Shown here: piece after piece, positions 38,953 to 48,862 of the stretch
Position numbering within the stretch: the first letter of the stretch is position 1
Layout of the letters: every line of letters starts with the position of its first letter
Assembly (NCBI GenBank): GCA_020051075.1
Contig: JAGVJP010000041.1
Span: 1-64,000 of the forward strand
DNA length: 64,000 nucleotides
Direction: 5' to 3'
Origin: Parachlamydiales bacterium
GTDB taxonomy: Bacteria > Chlamydiota > Chlamydiia > Chlamydiales > Parachlamydiaceae
Position numbers and translations under genes: made by a program
The notes under the pieces: model-generated
Told to the model about the DNA's origin: nothing
Database searches by the model: none
The model's input: the letters and a program-made list of their open reading frames with translations, nothing else

Positions 38953-40968
38953 TCATGAGCGGAGGAGGCGCAGGGCATTGAGGCCGACCAGTACCGTGCC
39001 TCCTTCGTGCATCACCACAGCGAGCCAGAGAGGGACCCATCCCGCGAGTGCTGGGAGGCTGGCGATGAGGATCGCTCCAGCAGCAATGATGAGGTTTTCA
39101 CGAACAATCTGCTGTGTCTTGCGCGCTTTGAGCATAAGCCAGTCCATTCGCTCTAAGTTGTCTTGGAGAAGAACGACGTCGGCAGCGTCGACAGCGGCAC
39201 CGCTCCCCACCTTCCCCATGCAGATGCCGACGCTTGCTCTAGCAAGAGCGGGGGCGTCATTGATTCCATCGCCCACCATGACCAACCCTTCTTTCTGAGC
39301 TAATCGAGAGACATGTTCCAGTTTATTCTCCGGTTTTAAGTCGGCGTAGAATTCGTCGATTCCGATTTCGTCGGCAATGCGTTGTGCACTGTTGACATGG
39401 TCGCCAGTCAACATCAGGAGTTTCCACGACTTCAATTTTTTTAGTCTGCTGATTGTCGACTGCAAGCCAGGACGGAGGGTATCTCGGAAGCTGAACACAT
39501 AAGGCTCTTTTCCAACAAGCAGAACAGCGACAAGGGACCCTTGGCTGCGGACCTCTTCGACAAAGGTTTCTAGCTCTTTCAGCTGCTTTTTAGAAAGTCG
39601 TTCGCTGATATGATCTGGGCGTCCCATGAATACCGCTTCTTCTTTTCCGTTGAGGCTGACATAGCCTTCGACTCCATAACCGGGAATGGCTTTAAAGTCT
39701 TTGACTGTAGCGGAAGAGATCTCTTTGTCCTTAGCGTAATCGCAGATCGCCCGTGCAATAGGGTGGACGGCATTTCTTTCTAAAGCATAAGCGATGGAGA
39801 CGATTTCGTTTTCATCCCATTGCCTATCACTTCCAATGTGTTGAATCTGCTTACAGGTGAGGTTTCCTGTTGTTAAGGTTCCTGTCTTGTCAAAAGCGAT
39901 AATGGAACATTGAGCAAGGGCGTCGAGGGTGGTCCCTCCTTTTAATAAAATCCCTTTGCGTGCGCATGCGCTGATGGCGCTGAGGTAAGCGATGGGCAGG
40001 GCGATGATCAGTGCACAAGGAGAGGCTGCAATCAAGAAGGCGAGAGCACGGTAGATTGCCCCTTCCATCCCTGTATAAGGGATATTCAAAATAAAGGGGA
40101 AAGTGAGTGCAAAGAAGAAAGATAGTAAAATGATTGTGATGGCATAGCCACGGCTTAGGGTATCAAACCAACGCTGGAGCTGTGGTTTGGCCTCTTGAGC
40201 TTGGGTGACGAGTTGAATGATCTTCGTCAACGTCGAATCGGCGCTTGTGTGTGTCACTTCAAGGGTGATTGATCCCTCCAGATTGCGAGCACCAGCGGGG
40301 ACGTCGTCTCCAACTTGTTTCATCACTGGAAGGCTCTCACCGGTTAAGTGGACAAGGTTGACCGATGAGATCCCTTCGACGACGACGCCATCGAGAGGAA
40401 CGATTTCTCCTGCTCTAACTAGAATTTTTGTTCCTATTGAAATGTCGTTGACAGCACGTTCGATGAGCTTTCCGTTGTCGTCGAGAAGCGTCACTTTAGT
40501 GGGAGAGAGCTGATTGAGGTGGCTTAACGATCCTTTTGCCTTGGCGGTGACTGCATCAGCAATCGATCCAGAAAGAGCAAATAATACAAGCAATAAGCCT
40601 CCTTCGATGCTGCTTCCAATCAGAACCGAAGAAAAAGCGGCTAATGTCATCAGAACGTCGATGTTGACATCAAAAGAGATGAGATCCTCGATGGATTCGA
40701 TCAGAGAGGGGATTCCTGCAAGGAAGTATACAAAAACAAGGATGAGATAGGAAAGAGAAAGTGTCGTCGGATGGAAAGAGAGGCTGAAAGCGATGACGAG
40801 GAGAAAAGCAGCAAGAATGGAGGCTCTCAAGGTGAGATTGGATGCCCAAGCGCGAGAATCTGGTGTGAGAAAGGGACTGGCGCTTTCGTCCAGTCCAAGC
40901 CCAAAGAATTCATTGAAGACGGTAGGTTTGATATGTGGAGAGCGTGGAATAGCAATTGTTTCTCTCAT
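38953..40968 (-). CDS. zntA: Heavy-metal P1B-type ATPase (ZntA/CadA-like, SPC motif)
   Basis: LTGES, ASPCAL, DKTGTLT, HP, MLTGD, VGDGINDAPALA, HEGGT. Confidence 0.93.
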   Translation of the reverse strand: MRETIAIPRSPHIKPTVFNEFFGLGLDESASPFLTPDSRAWASNLTLRASILAAFLLVIAFSLSFHPTTLSLSYLILVFVYFLAGIPSLIESIEDLISFDVNIDVLMTLAAFSSVLIGSSIEGGLLLVLFALSGSIADAVTAKAKGSLSHLNQLSPTKVTLLDDNGKLIERAVNDISIGTKILVRAGEIVPLDGVVVEGISSVNLVHLTGESLPVMKQVGDDVPAGARNLEGSITLEVTHTSADSTLTKIIQLVTQAQEAKPQLQRWFDTLSRGYAITIILLSFFFALTFPFILNIPYTGMEGAIYRALAFLIAASPCALIIALPIAYLSAISACARKGILLKGGTTLDALAQCSIIAFDKTGTLTTGNLTCKQIQHIGSDRQWDENEIVSIAYALERNAVHPIARAICDYAKDKEISSATVKDFKAIPGYGVEGYVSLNGKEEAVFMGRPDHISERLSKKQLKELETFVEEVRSQGSLVAVLLVGKEPYVFSFRDTLRPGLQSTISRLKKLKSWKLLMLTGDHVNSAQRIADEIGIDEFYADLKPENKLEHVSRLAQKEGLVMVGDGINDAPALARASVGICMGKVGSGAAVDAADVVLLQDNLERMDWLMLKARKTQQIVRENLIIAAGAILIASLPALAGWVPLWLAVVMHEGGTVLVGLNALRLLRS

Positions 40969-41729
40969 TTAAACCACCCCGCATGGACAATAAAATCGAG
41001 GAGGAATTTTGTTGAACCGATGGAGAGAACGGCGATGGCGATGTTCCATACGATGGCGGAAGTGAATCTATTTCCTTGATAATAGGCGGATAGATAGCTG
41101 CTAAAACCTAGAATCGCTATTGCAGATAAATAGAGTCCTCCAGGAGGCCAAAGGGTGAAGAAGCTTAGACAGATCGCTGCCGACACTACCACTCCGCAAG
41201 CCGCGCCTAGTGATTGTTTCAAAGGATGTTCATGGACTTCTAAGGAGAGGCCGAGGTCTTCCTCAACCATCACTTTGAGGAGGCGGTCCCCATCTGCCAT
41301 TAAGACATCAAGAACCTCTTCGAGGAGTTTTCCTTCAAATCCCTTGGCGGTGTAAAGAGTTTTCAGTTCGTTTCTCTCTTGGTCTCGGTTGTGCTCGATT
41401 TCCCACCGTTCTTCTTCGAGAATTCGATGAAGACGTTCGAGACGTGACCAACCAAGCCACGCACTTCGGCCGGACTTCCAAATGAGCCAGGCAAAGCTTG
41501 CTAATAAAAATGTCCAAAACGTTTGGATAGGCGGGGTGTTGAAGTGCAGAGAAAATAGGTGGATCAATAAGAGTAAGATCACCGTCTCTCGAGCGGCATC
41601 GGTTCCTGCTGAAATCGAACCGGGAATTTCTGTTCCATGGATTTCAGAGGAGGAGATGATTCCTCGCGTGCGCTTTTCGATGACATGGTCGATAGAAGTG
41701 TTTCGACTATCGTGGTGGGACATAGACAT
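40965..41729 (-). CDS. VIT1/CCC1-like metal transporter family protein
   Basis: EERWEIEHN...ELKTLY..KGF...MVEEDLGL plus TMs; likely start ATG 41729 after GAGGG (the upstream ORF extension runs through the repeat). Confidence 0.75.
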   Translation of the reverse strand: MSMSHHDSRNTSIDHVIEKRTRGIISSSEIHGTEIPGSISAGTDAARETVILLLLIHLFSLHFNTPPIQTFWTFLLASFAWLIWKSGRSAWLGWSRLERLHRILEEERWEIEHNRDQERNELKTLYTAKGFEGKLLEEVLDVLMADGDRLLKVMVEEDLGLSLEVHEHPLKQSLGAACGVVVSAAICLSFFTLWPPGGLYLSAIAILGFSSYLSAYYQGNRFTSAIVWNIAIAVLSIGSTKFLLDFIVHAGWFK

Positions 41730-41753
41730 TGATTTTCCCTCATCTTTGTAACA

Positions 41754-41812
41754 GTTAACGGAGTAGAAATCCGAGCCCGAGCCCGTGTGCGTGCCCGAGC
41801 CCGAAAAGCCCT
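41754..41812. repeat. Left arm of 59-bp inverted repeat enclosing the four-helix-bundle gene
   Basis: Reverse complement of 42284-42342 with 2 mismatches; GCCCGA/GCCCGT units. Confidence 0.95.
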
Positions 41813-41841
41813 CCAGACTTGAATAGTTAAACAGGCAACCG

Positions 41842-42204
41842 CTAATTCGCATTCGCGCTTACCTGGGCCATCTTCGTAAGCATAGCAACTATGCGTAGTA
41901 GAAGTTCTCGTCCTTTTAAGTGCTTTGTTTCTTCAACCAGCTTAAGACGGCAACATAGGTCTAAAATCCCCGCACATTCTGTTGCTGAACGTTTTGCCAT
42001 TCGATAAAAACGACTCTTTTCATTGACTGCGAATTCTCCTGCACCCTCAGCAATATTAAGAGAAATCGACGAGCTTGCACGCTGCAATTGGTCGGTAAGG
42101 TAGGCCTTTCCCCGAGGCAATTGTTCTGCTATTTCATTTGAGAGGATGACGAATTCAACGGACACTTTGTATACATCTAACTTTTCATGGTCAAAACAAT
42201 TCAT
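41842..42204 (-). CDS. Four helix bundle protein (23S rRNA IVS protein / TIGR02436-like)
   Basis: FDHEKLDVY, LTDQLQRASSSISLNIAEG, RFYRMAKRSATEC. Confidence 0.9.
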   Translation of the reverse strand: MNCFDHEKLDVYKVSVEFVILSNEIAEQLPRGKAYLTDQLQRASSSISLNIAEGAGEFAVNEKSRFYRMAKRSATECAGILDLCCRLKLVEETKHLKGRELLLRIVAMLTKMAQVSANAN

Positions 42205-42283
42205 TTTATTTCCTTACATGGCATCTCTTAGTAGATGCGGTTCATATCAGCCAACGATCGCTTTATCCCCACCGAGTTTAGCA

Positions 42284-42342
42284 AGGGCTTTTCGGGCTCG
42301 GGCACGCACACGGGCTCGGGCTCGGATTTCTACCTCGTTAAC
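42284..42342. repeat. Right arm of 59-bp inverted repeat enclosing the four-helix-bundle gene
   Basis: AGGGCTTTTCGGGCTCGGGCACGCACACGGGCTCGGGCTCGGATTTCTACCTCGTTAAC. Confidence 0.95.
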
Positions 42343-42349
42343 GGTTAAT

Positions 42350-42378
42350 TTGCGATTTTTATCTCTCTATGTTATAAT
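42350..42378 (+). promoter_or_regulatory. sigma66 promoter
   Basis: TTGCGA-N17-TATAAT upstream of 42412. Confidence 0.65.
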
Positions 42379-42411
42379 AAAATAGAAGATTTAAACAAAC
42401 GAGGAATTATT

Positions 42412-43797
42412 ATGGTAGAGCCAATATCATTTGACGAGGAGGACTCTGTTAGAAATATACCTGGATTTGGATATATTCCTCCAGCAGAACTAGACGCAGT
42501 CGTTGAGGGAGTCAAAGAAGAGCTAAAAATTCAATCAGGGGTATCGAGCATCGAGAAAAGCAAAGATGTTGCCATCCCTTATATTCCTTCAATGAGTGTC
42601 CCTTTCTTGGTTCCTCCGTCACAAGAGATGGGAGGATTAGAGGCTATTTCTTCAAAAGACGCGAGCGGGGCTGCCTGTACCTACGTGATAGAAAAAGGTC
42701 TCAATGAGCTATCCAATATTGGAACTCGTATGGTAGAAAACTTTGTGAGTAATCTTAGAGAGATCGAAGAAGAGGTCCAAGCGTTGCTTCGCTCTCCTCT
42801 TTATTGGCAGAATGTCCAGATGTTAAGACAAGGGGGCGACCAGGTGCAAGCCGTCGGCCAAGCGGCCGCGGGTGCTATCCTTCCTTCAAATGCTGTGTCA
42901 TTCCAAGGTGATATTGCCTCATCAAATCGTATTCGCATTCTAGAAAAAATTTCTTCGGCAGCTGAGAGCACTTCCGTACAACCTGCTCCTGCTGCTCCAG
43001 CGCGACCTGCTAGTGTGCTTCCCTTGGTGGCTTCTGTGCTTATCGGAGGTGGATTAGCCGTTGGTATTGCTCAGTCGACAACAAACTTGGCTGGCGTAAG
43101 CTCGAGTCCTCTTGTCGATGCTGTTAACCTTGTTTCAAATTTGCAGCCCGTCTTTACTTCCATCTCCCCCCAGGATATCGTCCCTCTCATCAATTTAATG
43201 GTGATAGCACCCATCTATTATCACTCTTGGATAGAAGCTACAAGTGGAGGTGCGACGCATAAGGATAAGCAAAAAATGACAGAAACGGCGAAAAAATTTG
43301 CAGAAGACGTCATCCGGATGGTGAGCGATCCCACCCAAGTGCTCAAACAAGTATATGGGATGAAAGGGGCCGAGCAGCTCTCTTTAGACCAGAAAGAAAG
43401 GTTAGCTAACTTATTGAGATTTGCGATGCTAGGAACGGCATTAGGGATGTTATATGCTGTTGAAGTCGGCAAAGTTCAAGCAGGAGAATATCGAGGAATC
43501 ATGGCTGAGGAGGTTCGCGATCTACTGTTTGGAGATTTGGCTAAACCTGTTGGACAAAACGAGGCTGACAAGAAACCTCCCACCCCTATTGAACAATTGT
43601 CTTTGAATTTAGCTAAATATGCCTCCCTCCAACTCTCTTCTTTAAGTCCTGACGATCGCGTCAAAGCAGCAACGATCTTGCTGGACTACATGGAAGAGCG
43701 GAGAGGTGTGGAGCATATGTTTGATCCATCAAACGTATTTCAGGATTTCTATACTGCCTTCACTTATCACAATCCAGCTCCTCCTCATCTGTCTTAA
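42412..43797 (+). CDS. Hypothetical protein with internal hydrophobic segments
   Basis: 461-aa ORF with GAGG RBS; no family recognised. Confidence 0.8.
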   Translation: MVEPISFDEEDSVRNIPGFGYIPPAELDAVVEGVKEELKIQSGVSSIEKSKDVAIPYIPSMSVPFLVPPSQEMGGLEAISSKDASGAACTYVIEKGLNELSNIGTRMVENFVSNLREIEEEVQALLRSPLYWQNVQMLRQGGDQVQAVGQAAAGAILPSNAVSFQGDIASSNRIRILEKISSAAESTSVQPAPAAPARPASVLPLVASVLIGGGLAVGIAQSTTNLAGVSSSPLVDAVNLVSNLQPVFTSISPQDIVPLINLMVIAPIYYHSWIEATSGGATHKDKQKMTETAKKFAEDVIRMVSDPTQVLKQVYGMKGAEQLSLDQKERLANLLRFAMLGTALGMLYAVEVGKVQAGEYRGIMAEEVRDLLFGDLAKPVGQNEADKKPPTPIEQLSLNLAKYASLQLSSLSPDDRVKAATILLDYMEERRGVEHMFDPSNVFQDFYTAFTYHNPAPPHLS

Positions 43798-44170
43798 ACA
43801 GGGATAAACAGGATACACAAAAGGGGCAAAACAGGATAGGCAGGATAGGTAGGATCGCTTCGCGGCAGGATAGAAAGATAGTAGCGACGTCGTCTCTCAT
43901 TTCAAAAAAGTAACGCTGTTAGAGCCATTTCTTACCATCCCTCTTATCCTTCTCATCCTGTCGATTTTTACAGGATAGGGAGGATAGGAAAGATAGGGCA
44001 GGATAGTTTGTTATACACGGGTTAGTGGTTTGACGAAGTTATGAAAAAAGCCGATTTTTCTCTATTTTTTTGTTAGGTAAAATTTTTTTATCATCTAGCT
44101 TATCCTGCCGCGAAGCGATCCTACTTATCCTGCCTATCCTGTTTTGTCCCTTTTGCTTATCCTGTTTTAT
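43795..44170. repeat. Complete CAGGATA-family element (outer arms plus central hairpin) between convergent genes
   Basis: Arms 43818-43872 and 44101-44155 (55 bp, 2 mismatches); central ATCCTGT-N7-ACAGGAT hairpin near 43945-43987. Confidence 0.93.
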
Positions 44171-45482
44171 CTGTGACTGGTGTTGGCCAATCAGTCGTTG
44201 TCATTAGCGCTTCGAGGAGGCGGCACATGTTGATATGGTCTTGACAGGCCATCAATTCTCTGCAGGAATGCATGGAAAGCTGTCCAGAGCCAATGTCGAC
44301 TGTTGATATCCCTGTTCGACTCGCATGCAATGGTCCTATCGTCGAACCGGAAGGGATATCATTGCGACTCACAAAATGTTGGAGGGGGATCTGCTTCAGT
44401 TTGGCAATATGTTGAATCGGAAGCGATGAAAGTCCTTGCGTTGCATAACGCTGCTGAGCACTAGTTTTCAAGACCACTCCTTGTCCAAGAATCGGCTGAT
44501 GCTGAAGATCGTGCTTTTCAGGATAATTCGGATGAAGCCCGTGAGCCAAATCTATAGAAAAACAGATCGAACGGTTAAGCATGCAAAAATAATCTTCTTT
44601 GGTGCCTCGATAGGCATCCATCAACCGTTCAATAACCTGGGTAAAGAAAGGTGAGTCAGCTCCTTGAGAAGTTTGCGATCCAATCTCTTCATGGTCCCAA
44701 AAAATCACCATATTGATTTCATCGTCCAAAGGACTTGGATTTTTTAAAAAAGCAGTGAGAGCAGCATGGACACTGGCTAAATTGTCGATCCGATAGGCTG
44801 CAATCAATTGATGCTCATTTCCCAAAAGAGCTGCTTTTTCGAGAGGGAATAAAAAAAGATCATGGCTGATTAATTGATGAAGATCAATCTCTTGAGAAAG
44901 CCATCTTTCTAGAAGTGTCGATGCTTGCTTTGTCTGCTCTTCGAGGCCGGCAAGGACGTTTAGGTGCTCTTGCTTATTCAGGAGTGGTCCCTTGTCATTG
45001 ACCTCTCGGTCAAGGTGGATGGCTAATTGAGGGATTGTCACTCCATATTTATCTAAACGTACCAAGCTCTCTTTTATTTCATCGTGTTGGTTATAGTATA
45101 AAATGCGTCCTGCTATCCCTAAATCCCGATTGAGCCATGATGCAATCAATGGAGCTCCATAGACCTCAACTCCAAATAAGATCGCCTTGTTTCTCTTTAT
45201 TTCATATTGAGGTTTAAGCTTAAAACCTGGACTGTCTGTGTGTGCGGCAAATAGGCGAAGCCTTTTGGGAATTTTGTGAGGCGTTGTAAATGCGCAGAGG
45301 GTGCTTCCGTTGCGAATCACGCTATAACGGCATCCTGGTTGAATATCCCAGTGGGCTCGCTCATCTAGAATGAGGAATTTCTCCTTCGCGAGCTTGTTGG
45401 AGATGGCTTTGACAGCATGCCAAGCTGTTGGGGAATGGTTGAGAAATTCGATAAAATCTGAAATCACTAGAGACTCATTCAT
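44157..45482 (-). CDS. apeB: M18 family aspartyl aminopeptidase
   Basis: SPTAWH, AHTDSP, WLNRDLG, IPQLAIHL, RIDNL, DHEEIGS, DLAHGLHPNY, GSTIGP, LSMHSCRE. Confidence 0.92.
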   Translation of the reverse strand: MNESLVISDFIEFLNHSPTAWHAVKAISNKLAKEKFLILDERAHWDIQPGCRYSVIRNGSTLCAFTTPHKIPKRLRLFAAHTDSPGFKLKPQYEIKRNKAILFGVEVYGAPLIASWLNRDLGIAGRILYYNQHDEIKESLVRLDKYGVTIPQLAIHLDREVNDKGPLLNKQEHLNVLAGLEEQTKQASTLLERWLSQEIDLHQLISHDLFLFPLEKAALLGNEHQLIAAYRIDNLASVHAALTAFLKNPSPLDDEINMVIFWDHEEIGSQTSQGADSPFFTQVIERLMDAYRGTKEDYFCMLNRSICFSIDLAHGLHPNYPEKHDLQHQPILGQGVVLKTSAQQRYATQGLSSLPIQHIAKLKQIPLQHFVSRNDIPSGSTIGPLHASRTGISTVDIGSGQLSMHSCRELMACQDHINMCRLLEALMTTTDWPTPVTDKTG

Positions 45483-45513
45483 CTTGGAACTCCTAAACGG
45501 TTACCTACGAAGA

Positions 45514-45552
45514 CAAAAAAAAATCGCCTAAGAAGATGATCTTCTTAGGCGA
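45514..45552 (-). terminator. Intrinsic terminator after the porin gene
   Basis: TCGCCTAAGAAGAT-g-ATCTTCTTAGGCGA hairpin with T-run on the minus strand. Confidence 0.85.
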
Positions 45553-45582
45553 CTGATCTATTCAACTCATGCAACTAACAAA

Positions 45583-46554
45583 TTAGAAGTTTCTTCCAAC
45601 TGTAAGTTTAACTGCATAAGAATTCCAATCGAAGCTATGACGCTCTCTATTGTCTGGGCTAAAAGATACGAAATCATTGCTAAACGAGAAGTCGCTAAAG
45701 CTCCAGTCTGAATGATGATGTCTGTTAGCAGAGAAATCTTCGAATTCTAGCTCGATACCTGCTGTCCAGCAGTTACAGAAATCGTATTCAGCGCCTATAG
45801 CAAACACCCAACCTTGCATTCTGTCTGAATGTTGTTTGTCTTTTGTAAGTTGGAATTCTGAGCTATGACTTCTTCTTCCATTGAATGCACCCCAATGGTA
45901 TTCAACTTCAGCCCAAAGACTCCAGCACTCGCATACTGGTCTGTAGTAGAAATCTAATCCTACCCAAGGACCGTACCAACGGAACACAGTGTCAGTTTCA
46001 CAGCAGTTGCCTTCTGAGAAAAAGCATGATCCGCGGCCAAATCTTGAGCCATGATCATTGACACTGATGCTTTGCTCGTCAAACGAGTAACCGATAACCG
46101 GAGCTAACATCATTGAACAGTCACAGAAATAAATTGAGTATCCAATGCCGAACTCACCACCCCAGACGTAGTTGTCGTTGATAGTTGCACGGTTTTCTCT
46201 GTTTGCTTCAACAGCTAAGCTGATATCATCAAACGTTGAGAGAAATGGGATTGGGTGGAATTTTAGACTTGTTTCATTATCACCATCTAAAATCCATCCC
46301 CAATATCCTTGAACGCGTGCATAGAAGTTGCAACCTAATGTTGCATCAGCACGTAGGCCTAATTCGAAGATGTCAATGTCCTTGAACTTCGAACTTGTTT
46401 CGAATATTGGATCGCTTGATGGAAGTGCATGTTTCCATTGTAGTTGATCTTGTCTGTACCCTGCTTCGAGAGTAATTTGACCCATTGATGCATTAGCGTA
46501 TGACACACTAGTTCCGACCAATAAAGTCATTAATAAGGTTATCCACTTTCGCAT
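45583..46554 (-). CDS. Cys-rich outer-membrane beta-barrel (Protochlamydia Pom/porin-like)
   Basis: Signal peptide; LEAGYRQD, WGWILDG, WYGPWVG; many Cys; C-terminal Phe. Confidence 0.75.
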   Translation of the reverse strand: MRKWITLLMTLLVGTSVSYANASMGQITLEAGYRQDQLQWKHALPSSDPIFETSSKFKDIDIFELGLRADATLGCNFYARVQGYWGWILDGDNETSLKFHPIPFLSTFDDISLAVEANRENRATINDNYVWGGEFGIGYSIYFCDCSMMLAPVIGYSFDEQSISVNDHGSRFGRGSCFFSEGNCCETDTVFRWYGPWVGLDFYYRPVCECWSLWAEVEYHWGAFNGRRSHSSEFQLTKDKQHSDRMQGWVFAIGAEYDFCNCWTAGIELEFEDFSANRHHHSDWSFSDFSFSNDFVSFSPDNRERHSFDWNSYAVKLTVGRNF

Positions 46555-46794
46555 ATTGTTTCCTTGTTAACGTTGAAATTTACCTTAAATATCCACACTT
46601 GGCTTTGTTGCCAGTACGCTTGCGTCGCAAGCTACAGTTTATGATTAGAACGATTGATGATCTTTGCTAATCACTTTGCTGTTTTGCTTTTGCAGTTGTC
46701 TCACTCACTAGTTTGGTAAGTATTCAACATTCAAAGCTCGCAACAATTTCGTTTCTGCAAAACCTGTAAACAAAACTCTGCGTAATTCGATGTC

Positions 46795-46824
46795 ACTATC
46801 AACCATCTTTTAATTATATGTCAA
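46795..46824 (-). promoter_or_regulatory. Putative promoter giving a long (about 235 nt) 5' UTR for the porin
   Basis: TTGACA-N18-GATAGT on the minus strand. Confidence 0.4.
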
Positions 46825-46980
46825 AGGTTTTTTTCGAGAAAATTTTATTATGTTCAAGTTATTTATTGTTAAGGATTTACAAAACATTGTGCAGTGAAGA
46901 TCATAACCGTTCTCCACCCTTTTGAAGAGGCATTGCCCTTTTTGAAAGCTCTCAAGAACTTTCAGTATTATGTTTTTTCT

Positions 46981-47002
46981 TGCTTTCAGTATACTGAAAG
47001 CA
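46981..47002. promoter_or_regulatory. Perfect 22-bp palindrome (putative operator)
   Basis: TGCTTTCAGTATACTGAAAGCA. Confidence 0.5.
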
Positions 47003-47189
47003 CGATAGTTGCAGATTAATATTTCGGCTCTCTGTGCCTAAACAATGTTTAAAACAAGATTTATCCGAATAAGTTAATTTTGGAAAGGACATGGATGGAG
47101 TCAAGAATGCTAAGAATAGGCTCTATTTGAGGCAAGGAATGCCGACAGATCATTGCCCAGGCCATCTAGGCCCAGGCACATTCAGAATG

Positions 47190-48470
47190 TTATTCCATAG
47201 GAACGAGTTGTTCTAATCCTCCGAGGTATTTCTGTAATACGGTAGGGATAGTGATCGATCCATTTTTCTGTTGGTTATTTTCAATCAAAGCGACCATGAG
47301 ACGGGATGTAGCAAGTCCTGAGCCATTCAAGGTGTGGACAAATTCAGTTTTACCTTCATCGGTCTTATAGCGCGTGTTAGATCTGCGTGATTGGAAGTCT
47401 GTGCAATTAGACACAGAAGAAACTTCGTAATAGCGATTTTGTCCTGGAAGCCAAACTTCGATATCGACTGTTTTAGCAGCTCCAAAAGACATATCTCCGG
47501 TGACAAGCAGAGCATTGCGATAGTGAAGATCCAATCCTTGTAAAATCTTTTCAGCGCTAGATAGCATTTCTTCAAAGACTTGTGGGCTATCTTCTGGTTT
47601 GGTAAAGCAGAACATCTCAACTTTATTGAATTGATGGGTACGGATAAGGCCTCTTTCTTGAGATCCTGCTGCACCTGCCTCTCTTCGGAAGCAAGGGGTG
47701 TAGGCAATATATTTTAGAGGCAGTTCCTCCTTTGAAATGATTTCATCCATGTGAAGTGCGTTAAGCGACACTTCGGCTGTGGGAATGAGGTAGAGATGAT
47801 AATCTTCATCTTTGATCATAAACTGCTGGTTTGCGAATTTTGGCAATTGTCCTGATGCAAATACTGCATCAGGTCGGACAAGTAGAGGAGGGATCCATTG
47901 CATAAAACCATTTTTGATATGGGTGTCGATCATGTACTGTATCAGCGCCCATTCAAGGCGTGCTCCAAGATTTCTGTAGACAGGCCACCCCGTGCCTGAG
48001 ATCTTAGCTCCTCTTTTGAAATCGAATAGGTGAAGCGATTCATTGAGTTCCACATGATTTTTAAAGGGGAAATCGAACGTTGGTTTTTGACCGACCTCTT
48101 TAATGATGACATTATCTTTAGGATCTTGAGAGATTTTGATGTCATCGTCAGGAAGGTTAGGCAGCTGTGCGATCTCTTGCAAGAGCTCTTCTTCTAAAGT
48201 TTTGAGTGTTTGGTCCAAGCTGTGGATTTCGTTGGCAGAATGAGAAACTTCATCAAGGAGTTTTGAAGCATCCTCTCCCTTCCTTTTTAACTCCCCAATT
48301 TTTTGAGAGGATTCATTGCGCTCTGCTTTGAGCTGCTCCACACGGGTTTTAGTGTCTCGAACTTGATGATCGAGTTCGCATAAACGGGAGAGGTCGATGT
48401 GGGGATCTTTTGTTTTTAACTTGGCTTCTATAGTGGCCCGATCTTTTCGTATTAGGCGGATGTCTAACAT
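47190..48470 (-). CDS. serS: Serine--tRNA ligase
   Basis: MLDIRLIR, LIPTAEV, CFRREAG, GLIRTHQFNKVE, EVSSVSNCTDFQSRR, HTLNGSGLA. Confidence 0.98.
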   Translation of the reverse strand: MLDIRLIRKDRATIEAKLKTKDPHIDLSRLCELDHQVRDTKTRVEQLKAERNESSQKIGELKRKGEDASKLLDEVSHSANEIHSLDQTLKTLEEELLQEIAQLPNLPDDDIKISQDPKDNVIIKEVGQKPTFDFPFKNHVELNESLHLFDFKRGAKISGTGWPVYRNLGARLEWALIQYMIDTHIKNGFMQWIPPLLVRPDAVFASGQLPKFANQQFMIKDEDYHLYLIPTAEVSLNALHMDEIISKEELPLKYIAYTPCFRREAGAAGSQERGLIRTHQFNKVEMFCFTKPEDSPQVFEEMLSSAEKILQGLDLHYRNALLVTGDMSFGAAKTVDIEVWLPGQNRYYEVSSVSNCTDFQSRRSNTRYKTDEGKTEFVHTLNGSGLATSRLMVALIENNQQKNGSITIPTVLQKYLGGLEQLVPME

Positions 48471-48630
48471 AATAAATCCTTATCTTGAGAAAAATTGAAA
48501 GTTGGCTAGTCCTCAACACTTAATGGGACATTGGAAATAAGAGAAATGCTAACAGCAAAGATAATCAACGGCAAGGATAAACGCAAGTTTGGAATAGAGA
48601 TACGCAATGTGCAAATTCTTCCTTTATTAT

Positions 48631-48662
48631 ATCTAGTGTCTAATTGCATAAATAACTATGCG
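48631..48662 (+). repeat. 32-bp dispersed repeat, copy 2
   Basis: Identical to 12148-12179. Confidence 0.9.
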
Positions 48663-48862
48663 AAAAACGGGAAGACGCAAAGGAGCGAATTTCATTAAGC
48701 CAAAAGATGACTGAGGAGCGCACTGGGAAATTGCATGACGTTAAGCTAATTAACCACTGAGTCACATTCCTCCTCTATCCTTCCCATCTTGTTAATTTCA
48801 CAGGATGGGAAGGTTGGTATTTTTATTCCTTTGCTTCTTCCCGTCTTTGCGCCTTTGCGTTT
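48657..48862. repeat. Nested repeats: CGCAAAG-type inverted repeat around a CAGGATA-family hairpin
   Basis: ACGGGAAGACGCAAAGGA pairs with TCCTTTGCTTCTTCCCGT; CTTTGCGCCTTTGCG follows; inner CCTTCCCATCTTGT...ACAGGATGGGAAGG. Confidence 0.65.

Noticed and set aside
41730..41852. N-terminal extension of the VIT1-like ORF
   Set aside because: It is read-through of the repeat arm (GSGTHTGSGS); a better start with RBS is at 41729.
41842..42204. Diversity-generating retroelement (Avd-like gene)
   Set aside because: No reverse transcriptase and no TR/VR pair with adenine-specific differences is visible.
42146..42385. + strand ORF with RARART repeats
   Set aside because: Translation artefact of the hexamer repeat, antisense to the four-helix gene.
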